Below are positions 38,369 through 47,729 of a stretch of DNA of 64,000 nucleotides, piece after piece. The stretch comes from a virus: IMG/VR virus record IMGVR_UViG_3300045988_042432, one strand, 5' to 3'. The translations under genes and the position numbers were made by a program. Under the pieces are notes generated by a model, which did not search any database, was not told the DNA's origin, and saw only the letters and a list, made by a program, of their open reading frames with translations. Position 1 is the first letter of the stretch, and the number at the start of each line of letters is the position of its first letter.

Positions 38369-38620
38369 ATGTTTGGAAAGAAACAATCAGCCGAACCGGC
38401 TAAAGTAACAAGTACCTCACTAGCCGAGGAATCAGCTAAGATTATTGATGTATTTGAGAAAGCTGTTACCAATCTTAAAGAGGTAGCATCTAGAGCTCAA
38501 GCAGAGAAAGAGGTTAGAGAACAAGAGATTATCGAATTACAAACTGAAGCTGCAAACCTTGAAGCAGTTTCTAACAAAGCAACAGCCATGGCCGAGAAGA
38601 TTGGTGGGTTGCTATCATAA
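38369..38620 (+). CDS. coiled-coil protein (83 aa)
   Basis: Track ORF. Confidence 0.6.
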   Translation: MFGKKQSAEPAKVTSTSLAEESAKIIDVFEKAVTNLKEVASRAQAEKEVREQEIIELQTEAANLEAVSNKATAMAEKIGGLLS

Positions 38621-38624
38621 CATT

Positions 38625-39089
38625 ATGGACAAAATCAGAGACGTATCAGAAATTGATTTCAAAGTGAAGGAAGTAATGAAAGCTAAATCTTTCAATGACT
38701 TCGTAAACGGAGATGTAGAGAAGGCTTTCTATTTGGGCTTCTTTAGAAATGAATTGCAACAACCTCTATCTGTTGCTATGCAAATTAGAGGTGATGAAGG
38801 CATAGCCTTAGTAAAGAGTTTTGACGAAGCGATGCAGAAGGCTAGACCTTATGTAGAAGAAATGTCTGCTATAGCTGATGATGCTATGGCTAAAGAGGAG
38901 TTCACAATGTTAGATGTAGTTAATGAAGTCTCTGACAAGGTTAACTACAAACAGGAGGAAGACAAATTCTATGTCATCTTTATCTTAGGTATGTGGGTTA
39001 AGCATCTTATTGATGAGGATGTCATATCCGAAACCGAAGAAGATGAGGATGATGAGGATTTTGTTGAGAATCCTAATGCCGACGCATAA
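38625..39089 (+). CDS. acidic hypothetical protein
   Basis: Track ORF 38559..39089. ATG 38625 follows the upstream stop. Confidence 0.6.
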   Translation: MDKIRDVSEIDFKVKEVMKAKSFNDFVNGDVEKAFYLGFFRNELQQPLSVAMQIRGDEGIALVKSFDEAMQKARPYVEEMSAIADDAMAKEEFTMLDVVNEVSDKVNYKQEEDKFYVIFILGMWVKHLIDEDVISETEEDEDDEDFVENPNADA

Positions 39090-39483
39090 GTACAGAATAT
39101 ACTGTGATGGTGCCTATTCTCCTGCGAGAAATCAAGGGGGAATAGGCTTTGTCATTTTAGAGGATGACAAGAAGATATTCCAATACAGTAAGATGTATAA
39201 GAACAGCACCAATCAGCGAATGGAGCAAATGGCTGTCATAGTTGCCCTGGAATCCATAAAGGAACCTTCTGAAATTACAATAGTAACAGATTCTATGTAT
39301 ATTGTAGGAACTCTTACTAAAGGGTGGAAGAGGAAAGCCAATACTGATTTGTGGGAACGTCTTGATAAGGCTGTGAACAGGCATAAAGTAGTGTCTGTTG
39401 AGTGGTGTAAAGGTCACGCAAGTGATGAACATAATAAGGAAGCCGACAAGCTTGCTTATAATGCTAGTAACGAAATAGGATAA
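39076..39483 (+). CDS. rnhA: ribonuclease HI
   Basis: Track ORF 39010..39483; ATG 39076. DEDD signature: IYCDGA, NQRMEQMAVI, IVTDSMY, KGHASDEHNKEADKLA. Confidence 0.85.
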   Translation: MPTHKYRIYCDGAYSPARNQGGIGFVILEDDKKIFQYSKMYKNSTNQRMEQMAVIVALESIKEPSEITIVTDSMYIVGTLTKGWKRKANTDLWERLDKAVNRHKVVSVEWCKGHASDEHNKEADKLAYNASNEIG

Positions 39484-39603
39484 ACCTATGAAATACAAGA
39501 AGAAAGTACAACGTCTTAAAGACCGACAGGCTTGGTGGGATAAGCAATCTGATTCATTTAAGAGAGCTACTACCAGACCAGGTTCAGTTAAACAAAAGTA
39601 ATT

Positions 39604-40470
39604 ATGAACAATTTTAGTCCTTCTACAGATACGTCTGTAGGCACAAAGAGATTCACAGCCCAAGAAGTGCAATTAGCTTATACTCTAATGGCTGTAGAGT
39701 ACATGAAGACTATTAAGGGTCTGAATCCGAATCATCAACTAGTTGATAAGGCTATCAAACTGAAAGCTTTAGGATTTACTAATTCTAAAGAAGTAGGTGA
39801 TGCTATCACTTCGGAAGAGGACCTTAAAGTCTTAAAATGTTATAGCTTTTTGCAAAGACATTTCCCTGGCTCATTGATACTTAAGGAGGAGGATTTCATT
39901 AATCTGAATGTTAAGTATGGATTAGTTGTTGGAAGACTATCAGCTTATAAAGGTTCTGTGCCTGACGAGAACATTGATGAAATCTCTAAGGTAATGGCCA
40001 CTGCTCAAGCACTTGAAGCAAATGAGTATGTTAACTATAGCGGAAACGGTTCACCTTTACGGTATGTTACTGGTATGCAAGTTGCTACTCACCCTATGCC
40101 TATTGATAGCATGTCCTATCCGGTTGGAAGGTACTTCATTAGGCAGGAACCTTCCCATATTGGACTTATGTATTTGAGTAGAAATAAGGCTAGAATGAAT
40201 GCATATCCATTCTTTCATATCCTTAATAAAGCCAAGGCACATGATGTGAACATTGCTGATTCAAAAGAATGTAGCAGTGCTGACTTATTCATTGCCGCTC
40301 CTATTGAAGAAATGAATGAAACGATGCAGTTTACAGTTCCGGAAAGGAAGATTATTCCTATCAATAATGACCCATTTGTGTTTCAAGTAACTCCAATAGG
40401 GGTAATGATTCACTCTAAATGGGGAGTAGAAGCCGAAGACAATATATTCGACAATATTAAACCTTTATAA
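39604..40470 (+). CDS. paralog family protein 2 (unknown function)
   Basis: Track ORF of 288 aa. Shared blocks: ALGFTNSKEVGDAI; VKYGLVVGRLSAYKGSVPDENI; DPFVFQVTPIGVMIHSKWGVEAED. Confidence 0.7.
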   Translation: MNNFSPSTDTSVGTKRFTAQEVQLAYTLMAVEYMKTIKGLNPNHQLVDKAIKLKALGFTNSKEVGDAITSEEDLKVLKCYSFLQRHFPGSLILKEEDFINLNVKYGLVVGRLSAYKGSVPDENIDEISKVMATAQALEANEYVNYSGNGSPLRYVTGMQVATHPMPIDSMSYPVGRYFIRQEPSHIGLMYLSRNKARMNAYPFFHILNKAKAHDVNIADSKECSSADLFIAAPIEEMNETMQFTVPERKIIPINNDPFVFQVTPIGVMIHSKWGVEAEDNIFDNIKPL

Positions 40471-40474
40471 GATT

Positions 40475-42487
40475 ATGGAATTTGTCAAGTTTAAAAGAGC
40501 AGTCCATGCGCAGTTTAATCAACTAGCTGCTGGTGCAGACATGCTCTTTCTGACTAATGTAGACAAGGACGCATTATGGGATTGTTACCTTAATTCCTTT
40601 CCGGAGGAAGAGAGACAGTCTCATAATTGCAACAATTGTAAACATTATATCAGACATTATGGTAGAGTTGTCGCCATTAAAGACAATAAAGTAGTAACCA
40701 TGTGGGAGAACCTACAGTTGGATGAACCTTATGCTACTGTAGCTAGAAATCTCGATGCATTAGTGAAATCAAAACCAGTTGTAGATGTTTTTATCACTCG
40801 TGATTATGAACTAGGAATTGATAGAAACAATGCCTATATTGACAGTTTGCAAGGTCCTAAAGTAATTACCTGGAATCATCTTTACTATCATATGCCAAAT
40901 CAATTGGTGTATACAGGAACTGAATCCGTATCTGCTGTAATGGGGACTTTACGCACAACTAAGGAAGTGTTCAAACGTGCACTGGAGGAATTAACTATCG
41001 ATTCTATAGAAACAGTTCTGGACTTAATAGGTCAGAATGCTTTATATAGAGGAGAACAGTTTAAAAATGACTTAAGTGTATTCCTGGGTCATAAAAGACA
41101 CTATGATTCATTACCTGATGAAGAGAAAGACAACTGGTGTTGGGCAAACTTCAATCGTGTAGGATGTGCACGCATTCGTAATACGGCAATTGGTACATTG
41201 TTGGTAAATATATCATCAGGACTTGAATTGGACGATTGTGTGACTGCATACGAACGTATCATGGCTCCAGAGAACTATCAAAGACCTAAGTCAATTGTTA
41301 CTAAAAGAATGATTGAGGAAGCACAGAAGAAAGTGCAGGAACTAGGTCTTATGGATTCTCTACCTCGTAGACATGCTGCCTTAGAGGATATAACAGTCAA
41401 CAATGTTATATTCGCTAACCGTGATGCCAAGAAGGTAATGGCCGGAAACATATTCGAGGAACTGGCCGCAGACACTAAAGTTAATCCTAAGAAGTTTGAC
41501 AAGTTAACTGAAATTAGCATTGATGATTTCATTGCTAATGTGGTACCCACTGCCACTAACATAGAAGTGTTAATGGAGAGTAGGCTGTCTAATAACTTAG
41601 TAACTCTTACAGCTCCTGTTAATAAGGATGCTAAGAATCTATTTAAATGGCCAAACAACTTTGCTTGGACATATAATGGAGGAGTAGCTGATTCTATTAA
41701 AGAGAAAGTAAGAGCTGCTGGTGGTCAGACTGAAGGCTTCTTAAGATGTTCATTAGCGTGGTCTAACTATGATGACTTGGATTTGCATGTCGTTGAACCT
41801 AATAATCTTGAAATTTATTACTCCAACAGAATCGGCAGAAGTGGTGGTAAGCTAGACGTGGATGAAAATGCCGGATATGGCAAAACTCGCAAACCCGTTG
41901 AGAACATTATATGGGTTAACGAACGCAAGATGCTTGAAGGTAAGTATGTTGTGTATGTTAATAACTTTCATTGTAGAGAATCTGTTGATACAGGATTTAC
42001 ATTGGAAATAGAACACAATGGAGAAGTCCGACAATTTGTCTATGACAAACCCGTTAAACATAAAGAGAATGTCATGGTTGCCGAGATTACTTACAGTAAA
42101 TCTAAAGGTATCCAAATAAGAGAGCTAATACCCAGTACTAGCCATTCGTCAGTAAGCCTATGGAATATTGATACTAACAAGTTCCATAAGGTGAACGTGA
42201 TGATGCTGTCCCCCAATTATTGGGATGAGCAGGGTATTGGCAATAAACATTACTTCTTTATGTTGGATGATTGCAAGAATCCGGAGCCTGTTCGTGGATT
42301 CTTTAACGAATATCTTAACAGTGAGCTAACTCCTCACCGTAAGGTATTTGAGGTTCTAGCTGATAAGATGAAGACTCCTTACCAAGAACATCAATTGAGT
42401 GGATTAGGGTTCTCATCTACTATGCGTAATTCCGTTATTGTTAAAGTGGACGGAACATTTAGTAGAACTTTAAAAGTCAATTTCTGA
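40475..42487 (+). CDS. large hypothetical protein (670 aa) with N-terminal CNNCKHY motif
   Basis: Track ORF. The C-terminal block LRCSLAWSNYDDLDLHVVEPNN..IYYSN....GGKLDVDENAG...ENIIW recalls a domain seen in vWA-associated proteins. The function is unknown. Confidence 0.7.
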   Translation: MEFVKFKRAVHAQFNQLAAGADMLFLTNVDKDALWDCYLNSFPEEERQSHNCNNCKHYIRHYGRVVAIKDNKVVTMWENLQLDEPYATVARNLDALVKSKPVVDVFITRDYELGIDRNNAYIDSLQGPKVITWNHLYYHMPNQLVYTGTESVSAVMGTLRTTKEVFKRALEELTIDSIETVLDLIGQNALYRGEQFKNDLSVFLGHKRHYDSLPDEEKDNWCWANFNRVGCARIRNTAIGTLLVNISSGLELDDCVTAYERIMAPENYQRPKSIVTKRMIEEAQKKVQELGLMDSLPRRHAALEDITVNNVIFANRDAKKVMAGNIFEELAADTKVNPKKFDKLTEISIDDFIANVVPTATNIEVLMESRLSNNLVTLTAPVNKDAKNLFKWPNNFAWTYNGGVADSIKEKVRAAGGQTEGFLRCSLAWSNYDDLDLHVVEPNNLEIYYSNRIGRSGGKLDVDENAGYGKTRKPVENIIWVNERKMLEGKYVVYVNNFHCRESVDTGFTLEIEHNGEVRQFVYDKPVKHKENVMVAEITYSKSKGIQIRELIPSTSHSSVSLWNIDTNKFHKVNVMMLSPNYWDEQGIGNKHYFFMLDDCKNPEPVRGFFNEYLNSELTPHRKVFEVLADKMKTPYQEHQLSGLGFSSTMRNSVIVKVDGTFSRTLKVNF

Positions 42488-43425
42488 TGTTTAGATTTCT
42501 AAAACGCAATGATTCTGAAGTTATAACTCCAGAAGTGGTTGACGTGCCGGTGACGACTATTCAGTCCAACATAGCTATGGCTCTTGCTTTATGTATGGAG
42601 GAATATCTACGTTCTGTTTCCAAGACATCAGTTGATATTCCTAATAGAGATACATTAGTAAGAGAATACAACACGTTGGTTGATGCTGGACTGGGCAGCT
42701 CAAAAAATGCTAGGTTATTGCAAGCTAAAATATCGGAATATAATCAGATAGCTCTGGATGCCATGCGCGCTAAGAACTTGTTTAGTTTCGTAAAGCGTGC
42801 AAGAGAGGTATTCGGAGAGAGTACTCTTCTAGTTGGTTCTAAACAATTTGATGATGTTTGTAAGAAGTATAAACTTGTCAAAGGTCTACTAAAACAGTAC
42901 ACTGGAGTGATTCCTGACCGTAATATTAGAGAAATCTTAGAAGTTAAGCGTAAACTTAATGGTGAAGGACCAATGTTCTCTGATTTAGGGTTGGAGTATG
43001 CTAATGGGGCGTATTATTATGTTACAGGTATTAACTACGGATACAGTGATAGTGAAACTATGTTGAACAATCTGAAGAAATACATAGAATCACACAATCA
43101 CATAGTTATTGGCCCTGATACAGAAGGCACACTCAGGCTGTCTAGTATAATTAACAAGAATCCCGGCCTTCCTGCTGATGTAAAGGCTTTTAGCTACCCT
43201 AACATAGTTTCCTTTGATGCTGTTAAGATAGGTAGAAATGAGCTATTTGTAGCTTGCCCTCCTAGTCAATTAAACAATCCAGAGGTTACAATCACTAAGA
43301 AGGCAGTAGACCCTATTGTGTACCAGCCTTGTGCTTATGGTATTCTCATTCACAGTATGTGGGGAGAAGAATCAGAGGACAAAGTGTTTGAAGAATATAA
43401 ACGTATTAACAATTTAATGCTATAA
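42487..43425 (+). CDS. paralog family protein 3 (unknown function)
   Basis: Track ORF of 312 aa. Shared blocks: DAGLGSSKNARLL; KKYKLVKGLLKQYTGVIPDRNI; DPIVYQPCAYGILIHSMWGEESED. Confidence 0.7.
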   Translation: MFRFLKRNDSEVITPEVVDVPVTTIQSNIAMALALCMEEYLRSVSKTSVDIPNRDTLVREYNTLVDAGLGSSKNARLLQAKISEYNQIALDAMRAKNLFSFVKRAREVFGESTLLVGSKQFDDVCKKYKLVKGLLKQYTGVIPDRNIREILEVKRKLNGEGPMFSDLGLEYANGAYYYVTGINYGYSDSETMLNNLKKYIESHNHIVIGPDTEGTLRLSSIINKNPGLPADVKAFSYPNIVSFDAVKIGRNELFVACPPSQLNNPEVTITKKAVDPIVYQPCAYGILIHSMWGEESEDKVFEEYKRINNLML

Positions 43426-43427
43426 TT

Positions 43428-43802
43428 ATGTTTGAGAAAGCATCTAGAATGAAATTGCGTTTTAACACGCAACGTGGAGTTCTTTCTGTTGAAGACTTGT
43501 GGGATTTACCCTTAATTCAACTTGACAATATTGCAATTGCTCTTAACAAGAAATTGCAAGAGTCTAAAACTGAAAGCTTCATCAAAACCCGGACTAAAGA
43601 CACTACCGAACTTGAACTGAAATTCAATATTGCAAAACACATTATTGATGTTAAGTTGCAAGAACAGGAAGACCGTCTACTTGAAAGTGAGAAGAAAGCT
43701 AAGCGTCAGAAGATTCTTGACCTTATGGCTAAGAAACAAGACGCAGAACTCGAAGGTAAGTCTCTGGAAGAATTGGCTAAAGAACTCGAAGCACTTAATT
43801 GA
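43428..43802 (+). CDS. coiled-coil protein (124 aa)
   Basis: Track ORF. Confidence 0.65.
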   Translation: MFEKASRMKLRFNTQRGVLSVEDLWDLPLIQLDNIAIALNKKLQESKTESFIKTRTKDTTELELKFNIAKHIIDVKLQEQEDRLLESEKKAKRQKILDLMAKKQDAELEGKSLEELAKELEALN

Positions 43803-44065
43803 TTATGGACTTTGAGAAAGAAATAAAGAAATGGCAGAAGGTGAACAGCTCTGAAACTAAAGCCCAGCTCTTTGAAGCAGTAGACTACATCTGCGCTGAT
43901 GAGCCTAATGGATTAGTAGGAGTGACTGGTTTGCTATTTGATGCCGATAAACTCAAGAGGAGTATCAATGCTGCGCTTTCCAGGAGAGCGGAAGCCAACG
44001 TGGTTACACGTAGATATGGTTTGCGTCAGCAGGTGCTATACTTGATGTACTATGGCGAAGAGTGA
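43799..44065 (+). CDS. hypothetical protein (88 aa)
   Basis: Track ORF with a 4-nt overlap. Confidence 0.6.
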   Translation: MIMDFEKEIKKWQKVNSSETKAQLFEAVDYICADEPNGLVGVTGLLFDADKLKRSINAALSRRAEANVVTRRYGLRQQVLYLMYYGEE

Positions 44066-44103
44066 CTATAAGTGCTCTTGCGCTGGAAGAGGCTAAACTT
44101 TAA

Positions 44104-44212
44104 AGGAAGCATGTAAGTAATACTGTGAGTTATGCTGACAGACCGTCCACGTGAAAAGCCCAGTACGTGATACTGGCAAGGGCGGCCGTTAAATCGGAAT
44201 TGCTTCCTGTAT
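44104..44212 (+). promoter_or_regulatory. large leader hairpin closing 4 nt upstream of tRNA-Arg
   Basis: AGGAAGCA 44104-44111 pairs with TGCTTCCT 44201-44208. Then GTAT, then tRNA +1. Confidence 0.5.
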
Positions 44213-44284
44213 GGTCCCATAGTTCAATGGATAGAACGCTGGTCTACGGAACCTGAAATGGCAGTTCGACTCTGCCTGGGACTA
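44213..44284 (+). tRNA. tRNA-Arg(ACG)
   Basis: Acceptor GGTCCCA/TGGGACT. Anticodon arm CTGGT-CTACGGA-ACCTG with one U:U mismatch. T arm GGCAG-TTCGACT-CTGCC. Confidence 0.8.
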
Positions 44285-44304
44285 CTAACTTAATAAGGAA
44301 AGAG

Positions 44305-44907
44305 ATGACTAACTTAGAAATTATTAAAAGATTAAAGACTGCTAAAGACTTGTACGATAAAGATACAAAGCCAGGTAGTGATAAGAATGGTGGTATGTGC
44401 CACTATATGAAGCAAGCATTCAACGGAGTGTTTAAAGAAGGGATACCTCCCTCTTATAACGAATTAGTAACCTTAATTCCGGAGTTCAATCCACAATTCC
44501 TGAATGGTAATGTCAAACAGGAAGAAGTGGCTAGACTTGTCTTCTGGTGGCCCGTGGATGAGAAGAAACACAGGCTTATAGCCTTCGACAAACTCATCCA
44601 TTGGTACACAGAAAGAATCAATAAGCACGCTATCTTACTAAAAGCTAAGAAACTGTTTGAAGACCATTCAGAATACTGGGGAATGTGTTTCTGCATTGAA
44701 CATGCTATGGCTGGCACAGAAAGAGGAATCAACATCTACGATGAACGTGATGTAGTTGCTATGTTTCCAGAGTTCAATAGAGAGTTCTTAGGTGCACCTA
44801 AAGACAGGTATGGTAAGGCATTTTGGTGGACTCCCGATGACGAGAAGGGTCACAATGCTAGGATTGAAGCATTTGATAAACTGATTAAGTATTACGAAGG
44901 AAGATGA
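44305..44907 (+). CDS. hypothetical protein with internal duplication (200 aa)
   Basis: Track ORF with two repeats, each ending FWWP.DEK.H...AFDKLI.(W/Y)Y. Confidence 0.65.
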   Translation: MTNLEIIKRLKTAKDLYDKDTKPGSDKNGGMCHYMKQAFNGVFKEGIPPSYNELVTLIPEFNPQFLNGNVKQEEVARLVFWWPVDEKKHRLIAFDKLIHWYTERINKHAILLKAKKLFEDHSEYWGMCFCIEHAMAGTERGINIYDERDVVAMFPEFNREFLGAPKDRYGKAFWWTPDDEKGHNARIEAFDKLIKYYEGR

Positions 44908-45269
44908 ACTGGATAAAAAGAATCATGAATAAGTTATTTATTGATAATGAGTCCTATAACATTGAAGAGGACAATATCACTATCTCACAAATCAAGCGTA
45001 AAATTTACGTAAATGGTAAATTAATATCTGAAACGAATAAGGATAGTGTACATATCAGTTTTACTGGTAATGTAAAAGAACTTAACTGCAACACATGTGA
45101 TATTGACGGAGACGCATTTACTGTACATGGTAATAGTGTTAAAGTTAAAGGCAATGTGGGAGGTTCTATAGAAGCTAACAGTATTGAGGTTGGTGGTAAT
45201 GTACAAGGAGACATCGATGCTAATTCTGTTAAAATAAAAGGCAGACATACTGGGAGTATTAACGTATAA
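44904..45269 (+). CDS. bactofilin-like beta-helix protein
   Basis: Track ORF of 121 aa. VHGNSVKVKGNVGGSIEANSIEVGGNVQGDIDANSVKIKGRHTGSI matches the bactofilin repeat pattern. Confidence 0.5.
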   Translation: MNWIKRIMNKLFIDNESYNIEEDNITISQIKRKIYVNGKLISETNKDSVHISFTGNVKELNCNTCDIDGDAFTVHGNSVKVKGNVGGSIEANSIEVGGNVQGDIDANSVKIKGRHTGSINV

Positions 45270-45277
45270 CGTAAAGG

Positions 45278-45351
45278 GGTCTAGTAGCTCAGTAGAATAG
45301 AGCGTCCCTCTCCTAAAGGGAAGGTCACGAGTTTGAATCTCGTCTGGACCA
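45278..45351 (+). tRNA. tRNA-Arg(CCT)
   Basis: Acceptor GGTCTAG/CTGGACC. Anticodon arm TCCCT-CTCCTAA-AGGGA. T arm ACGAG-TTTGAAT-CTCGT. Confidence 0.9.
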
Positions 45352-45371
45352 CAAACCAATTATTAGTTATT

Positions 45372-45695
45372 ATGAAGAATATCTTTAATTTTGGTAAATT
45401 GTTGGAAGGTGAATCTATGAATGCGGACGAGGCATATTCAGTTGCCACTTACAATGAAGTGGTGACACAAGAAACTCTAATTAAGAGGTTTCTAGATACT
45501 ACTGACCAACTTATTAAGGCTAAGAGCGAGAACAATTACTTTAGTCTTGTCATGGATTTGAATGATGATGTAGCTAAAGCCAAGGATGAAATCCTTAAAT
45601 ACTACGAAGATAAACGATTCTTCGTTAAGGTTATTGATAAAGAAGGATATCCTGGCTTAGTTGGAGAATATCTATTCATATCCTGGAAGAAGTGA
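45372..45695 (+). CDS. hypothetical protein
   Basis: Track ORF 45333..45695 begins inside the tRNA. ATG 45372 is the likely start. Confidence 0.6.
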   Translation: MKNIFNFGKLLEGESMNADEAYSVATYNEVVTQETLIKRFLDTTDQLIKAKSENNYFSLVMDLNDDVAKAKDEILKYYEDKRFFVKVIDKEGYPGLVGEYLFISWKK

Positions 45696-45860
45696 ATTTC
45701 TTTATTCTAACATAACCACAGGCATAATTGAGAGTGAAATGCCTGTTTAAGCAGTCCCCACTGCTGTAATGGTGATTTGATTACCATACATTATCTTAAG
45801 CCCTTGAGGGTTGGTGTGAATAGACTATTCACATGTTCTTAACATTAATTGTTAACAACA

Positions 45861-46217
45861 ATGACATTCGATGAACAAGACTCTCTTATAGAGTCATTGA
45901 ACGCGGCTTATGATAAAGCCGGAACTATTACAGATGAAGACATCAAAGAACTGTTTGCCAAGAAGAATGCAATCGCTGATGAAGACGAGCAAACTTCTTA
46001 TGAGTTCGATGAATTCTTTGCAGAAGTAGTAAGTAAATGGGCGCAAGACGGGCTGACTGATGAGAAAGCTCAATTACTGCTCAATCTTATTGATAGCGCT
46101 GACGGTAGTGTGGACGATTCTGAAGACGCAATGTTGGAAGAATTATCTATGGCTGAACTGACTGGCGTGGACATATCTGAAATATTAAAAGATAAGTTCC
46201 CAGACTACTTTGAATAG
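45861..46217 (+). CDS. very acidic hypothetical protein
   Basis: Track ORF 45849..46217 uses TTG. ATG 45861 is the likely start. Confidence 0.6.
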   Translation: MTFDEQDSLIESLNAAYDKAGTITDEDIKELFAKKNAIADEDEQTSYEFDEFFAEVVSKWAQDGLTDEKAQLLLNLIDSADGSVDDSEDAMLEELSMAELTGVDISEILKDKFPDYFE

Positions 46218-46274
46218 TTCTTATGTATGGTGATAGGTTATGGAATAGACATTCCAGCCAGAATATCACTAGGG

Positions 46275-46284
46275 GGGGGGGTGT
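46275..46284 (+). repeat. homopolymer G10 (intergenic)
   Basis: Read directly: cactaGGGGGGGGGGtgtagg. Confidence 0.9.
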
Positions 46285-46527
46285 AGGCTCTTCTTCGTTG
46301 CTTTTAGCAACACACCTAATGCCAGGCATTGGCATTATTGTTATCAGTTTATGGTAACGGACTTTAGGCTACGTTATATTTAATGTAGTGCTAATCGCGC
46401 AGAACGATATTCGTACTGCCGTTTAGGGTCAAATTCAGATTAGTTATTAGATTATTCTTTACTTCTAATGAGGTAAGGTCTACTCTAGTGATTGTCTGGG
46501 TTTGGCCCTTCTTTTTTAACTTTAGAT

Positions 46528-46797
46528 ATGCAGAGGTTTAAATATGAAGACAATGAATTACTACCCATTTTACAGGCAGGAGACCTTATCACTGTAAACG
46601 GTAGTCCGGTGGAAATCGTTGACAGTGGTTGCGCGTGCTTTGGCTGTTACTTTAAAGCCAGTGGCTGTACTATGGAGTGTAGATGTCCACTTGACGGAGA
46701 CTTGATATTTCGAAAGGTGGAAAAGAAGATTAAACAAGATGAGAGGGTTGAGCAAACTAAAAGCGTGGCTAAAGAGGAAGGGGTTTACTTCTACTAA
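46528..46797 (+). CDS. Cys-rich hypothetical protein
   Basis: Track ORF 46492..46797 uses TTG; ATG 46528. Contains CACFGCYFKASGCTMECRCP. Confidence 0.5.
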   Translation: MQRFKYEDNELLPILQAGDLITVNGSPVEIVDSGCACFGCYFKASGCTMECRCPLDGDLIFRKVEKKIKQDERVEQTKSVAKEEGVYFY

Positions 46798-47215
46798 TTA
46801 TAAGGGAGATTCGGAGTACTATACATTAAATGGATTCTCTGCTACTGTGAGATTAGCAGACCATGTAGGAAGAGAAGGAACTGAGACTGATAAATATATA
46901 AATATCATTCCAGACGGGGTTGATAGATATGTATTTATTTATGACAGAATATCTACTTCTATGAGTCATAAGGAACTTATTAAGGCACTAGATGCTTTAA
47001 TATATCTACATGGTAAGATTCCCAAGTATTTCGAGAACAGAGACCTTATTAAGAAGAGATATGAAGATGCTGTTTCCAGCGTCCAATCCCATTTAGCCAG
47101 AAGGACGGTAGACCAACGAGCAGTGTTGGTTAAGGGTGTTAGTACCTTAGAACCCGTCATACTCGAGTTGCAGAAACTATGTTGTCAATTTAGAGTAGAG
47201 AAAGAGAAATTGTGA
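46739..47215 (+). CDS. hypothetical protein (158 aa)
   Basis: Track ORF. Confidence 0.6.
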   Translation: MRGLSKLKAWLKRKGFTSTNYKGDSEYYTLNGFSATVRLADHVGREGTETDKYINIIPDGVDRYVFIYDRISTSMSHKELIKALDALIYLHGKIPKYFENRDLIKKRYEDAVSSVQSHLARRTVDQRAVLVKGVSTLEPVILELQKLCCQFRVEKEKL

Positions 47216-47424
47216 TTGTAATATTAATAGTGCTCGCACTGTATGGTGTGTCTTACTTACTAAACATTGTACTGAACTACATGCTTGCATACTACGACTT
47301 GGATGAAGAATACTTCTGGGAAGTCGTAGAGGAGGATGTAGGTTGGTGGATGACATGTCCAGTCATATCACCATTCTTATACTTATGGCTAATAGGTAAG
47401 GTATTAGAAGAACAATCAGATTAA
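47212..47424 (+). CDS. small membrane protein (70 aa)
   Basis: Track ORF with hydrophobic N-terminal and C-terminal segments. Confidence 0.55.
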   Translation: MIVILIVLALYGVSYLLNIVLNYMLAYYDLDEEYFWEVVEEDVGWWMTCPVISPFLYLWLIGKVLEEQSD

Positions 47425-47453
47425 ACTAATACTAACTTTACGGATAATCAAGT

Positions 47454-47726
47454 ATGATTATTGAAGAAGCTGACTTTAGAATGGAATCTGTAGGTGACAA
47501 TTTACACTTCTGGGACCTATCTGTACTAAAAACTATTAAATCCAAGGACGGAGAACGTCAGGAGTTTAAAGTAATTGGTTATGGACTTCCCATATCTGCA
47601 TGTCTTCAAAGAATAGCAGATTACAGAATAGAGTGTAAACACCCAGATGCCATGTCTCTGAAAGAATATATTCAAGATTACAAACAAGAAGTAACTAGAT
47701 TAGAAGAGTTAACTAAAGGAATTTAA
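47454..47726 (+). CDS. hypothetical protein (90 aa)
   Basis: Track ORF. Confidence 0.6.
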   Translation: MIIEEADFRMESVGDNLHFWDLSVLKTIKSKDGERQEFKVIGYGLPISACLQRIADYRIECKHPDAMSLKEYIQDYKQEVTRLEELTKGI

Positions 47727-47729
47727 GCT

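Noticed and set aside
35793-38408. Track ORFs 35793..36005 and 38223..38408.
   Set aside because: They run through tRNA-Leu(TAA) and the split-tRNA 3' half, and through the tRNA-like gene at 38254, respectively. The small ORF 35959..36135 in another frame is more plausible for the first locus.
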